DNA of 64,000 bases from Eledone cirrhosa. Its lineage: Eukaryota. Location of the stretch: contig OZ024742.1 of the NCBI GenBank assembly GCA_964016885.1, positions 352,036,001 through 352,100,000 of the forward strand, written 5' to 3'. The notes under the pieces were generated by a model. The model was not told the DNA's origin and ran no database searches. It saw only the letters and a list, made by a program, of their open reading frames with translations. Position numbers and translations under genes: made by a program. Shown here piece after piece: positions 54,253-64,000 of the stretch (position 1 is its first letter; each line of letters opens with the position of its first letter).

Positions 54253-56797
54253 ACCTACATTCCGCGGGCTCACATACATGCTCTGTGCGTGATTTGGCTC
54301 AGTTCAGCCAATCAGCGCCAGTAGAAGAGGATGTATCCCTACGCGCCCTGGGAAAGAAATTCCCCGAGAAGATTTGAAGAATCTTCCTCTTGTACCGAAA
54401 CTTCAAGCCAGCAACACGCATAATGTAACGGTGAGATATTGCACCCTAGCCTCGCTGGCTTAACGGCGCAATGGCACATTCCCTTTTGTAACCTCTTTTT
54501 ATTTGTAACTTCAACCATATAAGTTAACAAACATTGTTTGTGCTAAATCAAAAATAAACATACATTTCATCTCTAATTACTGCTGTTGAAATCATTATTA
54601 TATTACTCGTGTCTCAATAACATCTATAATCCATGCTGCTGGAATTGGCGACCTGACGAAAGGAATATTGTAAATAGATCGAGGGACCTTCCCTCACGTC
54701 TATGTCAACAAGATACTCCAACGAGGATACTATCACTTACCACACTGGCAACTAACGACCATCAATACTTCAACCCTGCTAAAGTGGTGACCGACGTAAG
54801 AATTTAACGCAGCCCTTCTTATTCATTCAGTTGAACTTGTATTGCCACGTTGCCAACCTTTTTCGCAACTTGCGAAAATACAATATATTCTTTAAAAATT
54901 TTTTGAAAAATTAGCAGTATTTCAAAAAATTTCAAGATGGCTACCGACAAGTCCTGGATACACTCGACGACAACAACGACAGCAGAAGCGACAGCGTTGT
55001 TTAACCACTGACCAATACAAGGAACAGTGAGTGGCAGCTTCATAGCCTTACCGACGCAAACCACCACACATCGGAAATTTCAAAACGGCTTGTAGCTTTA
55101 CCGACGCAACCACCATACCTTCTGTCTCGTTACCACAGGGACTCGAGTAATTGAGACAGTAGTTTTCTCACCATTATGGCGTCAGACGTGGCTGCCATAT
55201 TTGGTGACTGCTACTCTACAGAAGATTCTTTGACTTTGCTTTAACAATAAGCAACACAAATTTATGCCACACAAGATGGCCACGAAAACTCACAAAAACA
55301 CCATACATCTAACCCCTAACGGCATTAACAAACTTCTTTTTCAGTTTTCATATAGAACTAGTGTCTGTACACTGGTGATGTGTGAACTATTTGACTTTGA
55401 AAAACTTTGAACTTATTGAGCAATTTCTCTGCTCCCTTAGATTGACTTTGAATTATCAGTTTGTTACATTCACATATTTCTTTGTGGAATGCATTTACTT
55501 GTTTTGTGCTCTTTTGCTATTTGCTTGCTAATGGTTTTTGTTCATTCACATTCTTTGCTGTTTTACATGCCTGCATATGCACACATTTTTTTATCACACA
55601 CCAACATGTTGTTCTTGGTATATGTTCTTCAAACGTAATATTCTGCGAGTCCCTTTTCACCTGGTTGACGTGCTGTCACATGCTAGCATCTCACAGAGCT
55701 TAATCCACTGGATTCAAACAGGCACCGCAACACGAGAATACTAATTGCAGCTGAACTCAAACAGCTTCGCACCTCGTTGCACACTGATCGTCCATGACGG
55801 CCATCCGTCTTGTTGTTTTTGCCCGACTCGCTGGGAAAGCAACAAATTGAACTGGACTTGTCAGCATTTCGGCCACTTCTGTGGATTCGCCCGAATTATG
55901 GAATTTACACTGCAACCCACCTACAGATTAAACTTGCCTTTTTTTTCTTTACAAAGAGCAATCAGCCATTTTTTTCCTGGCTCCCTAGCACAGGTGCAGC
56001 ACTTGCCATTGACATTTAATGCAAGAACAGCAACTTCGCCCATGTCAGACTTTATCCGTTTTTTGTTAGACCTTTGGCGGTCACGTATAAACAACAAAAC
56101 AACTGGTCATTTGACACAGCGGCTCAACATGTCCCGTAGCGCCTCATTTTTTCTTGCATACAGCCTTCTGCTCAATTGTTTTGTCACTGATGTGCTCTTT
56201 CAGCCTTTGTTCTATCTGATTTATAATCTGTATAGACTGCCGTCTAGAATGGGGGTATTTTAGTGACCTACATTCCGCGGGCTCACATACATTCTCTGTG
56301 CGTGATTTGTCTCAGTTCAGCCAATCAGCGCCAATAGAAGAGGATGTATCCCTACGCGCCCTGGGAAAGAAATTCCCCGAGAAGATTTGAAGAATCTTCC
56401 TCTTGTACCGGAAACTTCAAGCCAGCAACACGCATAATGTAACGGTGAGATATTGCACCCTAGCCTCGCTGGCTTAACGGCGCAATGGCACATTCCCTTT
56501 TGTAACCTCTTTTTATTTGTAACTTCAACCATATAAGTTAACAAACATTGTTTGTGCTAAATCAAAAATAAACATACATTTCATCTCTAATTACTGCTGT
56601 TGAAATCATTATTATATTACTCGTGTCTCAATAACATCTATAATCCATGCTGCTGGAATTGGCGACCTGACGAAAGGAATATTGTAAATAGATCGAGGGA
56701 CCTTCCCTCACGTCTATGTCAACAAGATAATCCAACGAGGATACTATCACTTACCACACTGGCAACTAAAGACCATCAATACTTCAGCCCTGCTAAA
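54246..56797 (+). mobile_element. Non-autonomous LTR retroelement: LTRs 54246-54783 and 56259-56797, ~1.47-kb internal region without recognisable gag/pol
   Basis: ~538-bp direct repeats with about 8 differences by eye; starts TGTAG; PBS-like TGGTGACCGACGT at 54785; PPT-like AGAATGGGGG before the 3' LTR; TATA flanks. Confidence 0.88.
54785..54799 (+). promoter_or_regulatory. Primer-binding site, tRNA-Trp-like
   Basis: TGGTGACC--GACGT versus the complement of the eukaryotic tRNA-Trp 3' end TGGTGACCCCGACGTGAT (recalled), 1 nt after the 5' LTR. Confidence 0.6.
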
Positions 56798-56896
56798 TAT
56801 ATATATATAAGTTAATACAGAAAACAAACGCAATAACGAATAGTGCAGTAAAAACAGTGTTGGTATTAGGTTCACGCTTGTGAGTGGGGGTAAGGG

Positions 56897-56930
56897 GCCA
56901 GTTTTCGGACATAAGTCCTTCATCCGGTGA
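56897..56930 (-). ncRNA. Decayed hammerhead-like motif in a short pseudo-LTR fragment (56805-56995)
   Basis: CgGATGA-aGGAC(ttat)GTCC-GAAA; stems I and III not convincing. Confidence 0.35.
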
Positions 56931-56988
56931 AAAGTGGTAAGGAAAAGAGTTTCGATGATGTGAGGATACTAGTGAAAAGACATTAAAA

Positions 56989-57062
<74 letters not shown>

Positions 57063-57350
57063 TTATATATATATATACATTTGACACTGTGTCAGTGTGG
57101 AACAAAAAGGTGACGTGGTTGCCTAAACACTGTGCGGCGAAATTCGGGCTGTTTGTTTGTTTACAAACAAACCGAGCATTATAATAAATGTTCGGTAAAC
57201 GGGCATATATATCTGTGCATGTACTTATATATATACATACTACTGTACGTCTGTATACATATATGTATGTAAGTATACATACATGCATACTTGCATTTAA
57301 GTAACTGCCGTACTAAGAGTGAGAAATGAAATTTCCTTTCATTCTATTCC

Positions 57351-57430
<80 letters not shown>

Positions 57431-57599
57431 GTATTGAAGTGTATTATATATATATCTCAATATATATATAATAATCTTCAACACGATGTTGTGAGATGAC
57501 ACTCGACTTTTCCTGGATTATAACCGCCAACGATGGCATTTCTGCTCTTATTACGGAGAGTAGCCTAAGGACTAGTGGGCTGGGGCTGCTTAACTATAC

Positions 57600-57830
57600 A
57601 CTGCGCAAATATGACAGGCTAGTGGTGTATTGCACTTACGATCATGATGTCGAGGGTTCGATTCCTGGACCGGCGTATGTGTTGTGTTTTGGGTCAAAAC
57701 CCTGTAATTCATATTTGCTCTGGTGGTTTAATGTGTGATGAAGAGACTTCCTGTTAAAGGGTGATACATATAGCTTTACCCCACGAAACTTAGGTAAGCA
57801 CCGACCTGACGAGCCTCATGACTTCATACA
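57600..57830 (+). mobile_element. Old tRNA-derived SINE (family S2-like)
   Basis: GCTAGTGGTG..GGGTTCGATTCC B-box, followed by GTTGTGTTTTGGGTCAAAACCCTG..TTGCTC. Confidence 0.5.
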
Positions 57831-58397
57831 CATTCTTTTTTTAATAACCAAAACGTGGCAAATCAAAGATTTGTATAGGGAAGCGTAAAAAACATACGAG
57901 GCCCCGCAATAATATTTCTATTTTAACGCTTTAGGATTTAATTTACAATATATTTACTATTGTATTTTCACAGAAAAGGCTTTATTTCTCTTAATTATCT
58001 CACATAGTATCAAACCTATGAGATTCTGATATAATTTATTTTGAAAACAATATCTTAACATCAGTATGAGTGGCTAGATACAGCCGGTTTGAATAGAGAA
58101 AGGTGATAGAAATCTGGCCGCATACGGCCGGTTTAAATGCTAAAGAGTTGAAGCTTAGAATATATCGCACATGTCTCGTATTCTCCCTGCTATTGAGTTA
58201 CAAAGACATGCACGCACACACACACCCGCGTCCACGCGCGTGCGGTGCGTGCGGCGCGGTCGCAAACATGTTCATACGAAGATTCAGTGCATGAGTATCA
58301 GTGGAAATGTGTAAAATGCTACCCTTTATACTCCACTCCCGCCGTCACTGAATTATATCATATATTTTATAGTTTCACATTGTTTATATATAAATAA

Positions 58398-58469
<72 letters not shown>

Positions 58470-58470
<1 letters not shown>

Positions 58471-59335
58471 TAAAATATAGAAAATACATGAATCAAAGTT
58501 CTGTTTAAATCATTTATTTGCTTACAATTGTTTCTTCCAAACCGAGGTTTGGATTCTTCGGACCAATTTTTCAATGATTTTTTACATCCTTGACCACATT
58601 CCAACACAAGAGACATATAGAAACATATGTATATATTGATACACGGTGGATTGACATCCATTATAAATTGCGTTTCCTGGATTGTGAAAATGGTTTTAAT
58701 ATTTTTGATATCTCTCTACACACAGACTTCTATATCATACATATATATATAAAAAAATACTTTACCAATACAACCCCCATAAAACTGTTGATTGCCCGCT
58801 TAAACTGCTTGTATTAGATGTAACACCCTGCCGCACTATTATCTTATATAAATAAGACACACGTGCATGCCCCACGTGTAACTATTGCATACACTAACTA
58901 CTTCAAACTATCCTCTTGCTTTATCTTCGTAAACTGCCAATGTTGTATTTTAACTTTAATTTTGTCCTTTAATATGTCTCTAATCTTTGTATGTATATTG
59001 ACATGCTATAATATTATAATGGATGTCAACTCACTGTGTATCAATATATACATATGTTTCTATATGTCTCTTGTGTTGGAATCTGGTCAAGGATGTAAAA
59101 AATCATTGAAAAATTGCTCCGAAGTCTCCAAACTTTGGTTTGGAAGAAACAATTGTAAGCAAATAAATGATTTAAACGGAACTTTGATTCATGTATTTTC
59201 TATATTTTCTATATAACTGCTCTGTAGAACTACTGATGTTGTTACATTGAGCTATTTATCTTACTGGTATTAAGGTAGTAATAAATTAATGTCTTTCACT
59301 ATTTAGGGTTTAAAATATATATAACTATAAAAGGT
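58470..59335. mobile_element. Fold-back element, ~200-bp arms (58470-58665 and 59012-59213) with HHRs 58518-58566 (minus) and 59114-59162 (plus)
   Basis: TTGCT-CCGAAG(A/T)-nTCCAAAC(ctcg/tttg)GTTTGGAa-GAAA-CAATTG-TA-AGCAA. Confidence 0.75.
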
Positions 59336-59394
59336 TTTAGTATATACATGACAATAAATAGTATCCTTAATACTATATATATATATATATAGTA

Positions 59395-59600
59395 GTGAAA
59401 GAGTGAAGAATAACAGAGCCGGCTGTACAAAAATGGTTTATTTACAGTATTAACAGTTGTTTCATTGATCAGGTGAGCCTAAAGGCCGCTGATGTCTCTA
59501 AGATGCGTCACTGGATCTTAAATACAGTGTGTGTCTCTGATCAAATCCTCGGATTACACCAGTATTCAAGAAACTCCATCAGTCAGGACCTAAATTTCAA
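59395..59600 (-). mobile_element. Pseudo-LTR related to 34590-34745 and 61982-62135 with long-stem-II HHR (59447-59557)
   Basis: GTAAT-CCGAGGA-tTTGATCAG..~65 nt..CTGATCAAt-GAAA-CAACTG-TT-AATAC. Confidence 0.55.
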
Positions 59601-59799
59601 AATTGATCACCGTTAGTAAAGAATTCAAAATGGGTGATAAACATCACGTGGCTAGCGGTCAAGAGAGCAATATTGTGAAGGGTAGGCCGGTGGCAAGTAA
59701 ATTCATTGCTAGAAGAAGCTGTTAGTTACCGCCTAAGGTTTACTCAACCGTAAGGGAGTATAGAGAATAAAAACATATATGTATAAACATATATGTATA

Positions 59800-60580
59800 A
59801 ACATTGTTAAATATGCATATATGCATATATGAGTGTTGACTAACTTGAAAGCTAACAGATTTAGAAGGGCTCTAGACAAACTAAAAATAATCTTAAGATA
59901 AGTGAAATACCAGTATTCGCATAAAATTGCTAATCAGTAAAATATATATGTTTCAAAGAACACCCTGCATTGATAGGAAATGTCTGCAAATTAAGCCCAC
60001 AATCTAACTGTAAAACAAGGAACTTAGCATAGGGCATAAGATGTACTGAGAGAACATGTAAGAATAAGACTAAAAAGCATACATAGGTGAGACTGTCCAT
60101 AGCATAGAATTAAGAATATATGAGCACTGACGAGTAGTCCAGGATTGGAAAAGCTCATCAGTTCTCCACCAACAGGCCAACATGGTATTAGAGAGCATAG
60201 AAATTAAAATTATATCCACAGTCAGGAAAGATGCAATGCTCAGACAAATCAGAGAGGCATCATAAATAAACGATCTCCAACTAAAATTAAACAGAAAACA
60301 TGAGTGGTATAACAACTTTAAAAAAGAGAGACATACAAAACCTCAAGTAATAAAACAAACAAGACACACACATATATATAAAAAAACAACAAGTAAATAA
60401 GTACAAATAAATCAATAAACACACACACACAGGTGTAACGAATGTCCAAACCAAGAAACAGCACACAAAACCAAGATGGTGTAGGACAGAACAAAGGGAA
60501 ACACATAGAAAACCAAGATGGCGTAGGACAGAACAATGGAGAGACACAGCATAAGAATTCAGTCACTGAGGAGGTCAGAG
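59800..60580 (+). mobile_element. Decayed Poseidon-type Penelope GIY-YIG + 3' region, cut within the HHR
   Basis: CKLSPQSNCKTRNL..IRCTERTC..AYIGETVHSIELRIYEH..SSVLHQ..RQIREA..NRKHEW, homologous to 33290-33720; ends CAGTCA-CTGAGGA-GGTCA. Confidence 0.8.
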
Positions 60581-60599
60581 TTCTACATTCTTTAAATTA

Positions 60600-62135
60600 A
60601 TAGATAATCACTTTCCTACACTATACAAATACCATAAAATATTTGATAGAAAAAATATAAAAATGTCCTACTCTAATGCAGCCAACATAGAATCGCACAT
60701 ACGTAAGATCAACCACAGATATATATCTAAAGAAATTAACCTACCAACATGTACCATAGCACCAAATACTAAATGCAAACACATAACAACATCACAACCA
60801 CAAGCGCATCAGAACGAATCAAAACAAAACACTAATAGGCCTAAATCACAACCCACCCACAACAATTTAAAAAACCGCAACGATGAATCTGCACAATGTA
60901 AAACCTCAAATTGTAATTGCCACCTACCGTATAAGTGCCCACTACGGAATAGATGCCTGGATTCGAGTATGGTATACCTGTGTACTGTAAATTAAGGCAA
61001 TGCTACTTGGCACTACATAGGTTCCACGGCTGTGGAGTTCAAGAAAAGGTGATACATCCACAGACACTCCATGAAGAACCTTGGCCTGGAGAAATCTACG
61101 ATGCTCTCCAATAAAATCTGGCTGCTTAAGACAAAAAACAAGAATATAAGATTAGCTGGTCAAAATTATCGGTAGCAAAAGCATGAAGCAACGGAATGTC
61201 CCACTGAGGGCTTTGTAATTTGGAACTACTACATATTTTAAGGTACGATGGGATGCTGCTTAACAGCAAACTAGAAAGGTCAATTTTCTGTAGCACAACA
61301 TAGCTACTAGATTGACAAACTTCGAACCACCATGATTTGTACCAGCAATCCCAAAATTAGTACTGAACCACCTAGATTTTAACATATAGAATACACACCA
61401 TCGCACTACTATTGGCTATCAAATGGCCAACCGTTCGATGGATCATAAATCTCTGAACATTTATTTCACCCTCACTCCCTGAAACAGCATCAACCCCATT
61501 AAGATAGAACAATCAACAAAACATTTACAACAAGAGTTTATCAAATGTCCCGTCATTCCTAGCCCATAAATATAATATATGTACCCACGAATTAATCTCT
61601 AATTTATTATCTTCTCTTTTATCGGACCCTCTACACATATCTGTGTACATCTCTTATTTGGTGTCCCATGTTCGCACTAAACCCACCAACGAATCCTTAT
61701 ATGGACACTTACTCAAAAACTACTACTAACAAAGTATGTACTTACACGCTCTGACTTATTTATTTCTATATATTTTCCATTTTATCATTTTCTTATTTTT
61801 CAATGTACCCTATCTTATATTTTATGTTTTACTTTTTACATCTGTAACTTTTCTACCTATTTACCATTGATGTTTTTGTTTTGATTATACGCTATTTTAT
61901 TGTTGATGTTATTGTTTTGATTATACGCTATTGTTCTATATAATTCTTGCCTCGAGTGAATTACTTTCATATCTACGTATGTGTTGACCAGAGGTAAATA
62001 ATGTATTGGAGATCGAATGACGCAACCTCAAGCGATTAGCGAACTCTAGACTCACCTGATCAAAGAAACAATTGTCAGTACTTTAAATAAAGCCGTTATT
62101 GAACAGCGAACCATGTTACTCTTTATTCTTTAACT
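60600..62135 (+). mobile_element. 5'-truncated Penelope-like element (same type as 3275-6133): linker + GIY-YIG (60600-61320), 3' region and pseudo-LTR
   Basis: YHKIFDRKNIKMSYS..CNCHLPYKCPLRNRCLDSSMVYLCTVN*GNATWHYIGSTAVEFKKR*YIHRHS..STMLSNKIWLLK. Confidence 0.85.
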
Positions 62136-63051
62136 ATTATTACTCCAAGTATAACCTGCATAGAAATTAGCGCGAACTCGCTGCATAACTATGGAAGCGA
62201 CTTGTTAAATCAAACAAAGCCGTACGTTAAAACTATCTACGACGCCGAGTACTCACAACCTCTTAGTGCATTAACTATAACGATAACTTGTTATGCCATA
62301 TATACATATATATATATATAAGAAAGTAAGTCCATAGAATCATTTGATAAAATATATACAGTATTTCTCCTCCCAATCAGCAAAATTGACGACACAAAAA
62401 AATCAACTAAATGAGGCTTTAAGTTTAAAATGTACCTATGAAGATACAATATATAAATTTTATCAGCGATCAACAGCCAGAGAAGATTTACCTAGTATTT
62501 GTAATAGCCCGTACAAATTGATTAGACAACCATACACAATTAGGTAGAAAATCAAAGTTAGAAGAAAAAATGTACATAAACATACCAATATATATATATA
62601 TATTTGAATACAACGGGCTTTTTATTCTCCCCTTTATTTTACCCTTTCCTTTTTCTTTATTTCCCTTATTTTCTCTCCGCATCTTTCCTATTTTTTTCTG
62701 ATCTTTATTTCCCTTCCTTTTCCTCTCTGCATCTTCACTTTTCTTCTTTTACTGATTTTTTTCTTCACATCTTCCCTTTCAACTCCCCTTCTTTATTTTT
62801 ACCTTGTTTTACGTTCTCTTCTTCTCTAAGTTTATCATAGTATTTGCAGTAGAAATATGTTGACGGTTGGTGAAATAAATCACTACCACGACAGGAATTG
62901 AATAATCAAAACCGTAGCGGTATGTAGCATATCCAATCTCTCATATATTTTATTAGATGAAAACGTACTGAAACACCATTGTACCTTTGACATATGTATT
63001 ATAAAATATATATTTTGATTATGAAAATATTTTTCATTTGTTGATATTTTG

Positions 63052-63179
<128 letters not shown>

Positions 63180-63217
63180 TTCTCATTTACATATTGATAT
63201 TGTTGTTCATCACTTCA

Positions 63218-63510
63218 GAAGTAAGAAGTAAGAAGAAGTAAGAAGAAGAAGAAGAAGTAAGAAGAAGTGAGAAGAAGAAGTAAGGAGAAGAAGAAGAAGA
63301 AGAAGAAGAAGAAGAAGAAGAAGAGGAGGAGGAGGAGGAGGAGGAGGAGGAAGATGGGAAGGAGGAGGAGGAGGAGGAGAAGGAGGAGGAGGAGGGGGAG
63401 GAGAAGGAGGAGGATGAGGAGGAGTAGGAGGATGGTGAGGAGGAGGAGGAGGAGGAGGAGGAGTAGGAGGAGAAGAAGAAGAAGAAGAAGAAGAAGAAGA
63501 AGAAGAAGAA

Positions 63511-63542
<32 letters not shown>

Positions 63543-63847
63543 AGAGGAGGAGGAGGAGGAGGAGGATGGGAAGGAGGAGGACGAGGAGGAGAAGGAGGAG
63601 GAGGAGGAGGAGGAGGAGAAGGAGGAGGATGAGGAGGAGGAGGAGGAGGAGGAGGAGGAGGAGGAGGAGGAGGAGGAGTAGGAGGAGAAGAAGAAGAAGA
63701 AGAAGAAGAAGAAGAAGAAGAAGAAGAAGAAGAAGAAGAAGAAGAAGAAGAAGAAGAAGAAGAAGAAGAAGAAGAAGAGGAAGAGGAAGAAGAAGAAGAA
63801 GAAGAAGAAGAAGAAGAAGAAGAAGAAGAAGAAGAAGAAGAAGAAGA
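63218..63847. repeat. (GAA)n/(GGA)n polypurine tract with higher-order duplication
   Basis: ~630 bp almost purine-only; GATGGGAAGGAGGAGG and GGAGTAGGAGGAGAAGAAG each recur ~210-215 bp apart. Confidence 0.95.
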
Positions 63848-64000
63848 TTCATAAAATGTAACTGTACTTTACTCTGTATAATTATCTACACATCCTGAAC
63901 ATGCTATTATATAAATTGTATATCCTGATATTCTGATCCTTTTCTTTTATTCAAAATTGATTTAATGTATTTCTTATTGCTTTCTTTAAATAAAATCATT

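Noticed and set aside
55745-56263. 172-aa ORF inside the LTR element as gag or env
   Set aside because: Non-ATG start; no zinc knuckle, protease, RT or integrase motifs recognised.
57800-57830. Hammerhead at CCTGACGAGCC
   Set aside because: No downstream GAAA or closing stems.
63187-63898. Poly-Leu/Ser/Arg/Glu ORFs (also 43290-43622)
   Set aside because: Products of GAA/GGA triplet repeats.

Overview
Repeat-dominated, AT-rich eukaryotic DNA, probably from an octopod cephalopod (inferred from very long (TA)n/(CA)n tracts and a tRNA-derived SINE resembling the common octopus SINE). I cannot support any intact host gene; nearly all listed ORFs are microsatellite translations. Recognisable content: one near full-length but disrupted Penelope-like retroelement (RT + C-terminal GIY-YIG, 3275-6133, minus), five further Penelope GIY-YIG remnants, a 5'-truncated RTE-type LINE, a 2.55-kb non-coding LTR element with near-identical LTRs, SINEs, a Helitron-like 3' end, and mini/microsatellites. 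The main signal not shown by the ORF track: most short 'unique' segments between (TA)n tracts are Penelope-type pseudo-LTR or retrozyme-like units carrying type I hammerhead ribozyme (HHR) folds. By eye I count roughly 35 intact or decayed motifs in about 15 unrelated families. They mostly occur as asymmetric fold-back (inverted) insertions in (TA)n. They include a 466-bp and a 326-bp HHR-bearing tandem unit, and three families with a U3-A8 variant catalytic core. All folds were read manually and none is shown to cleave. Element boundaries are approximate.
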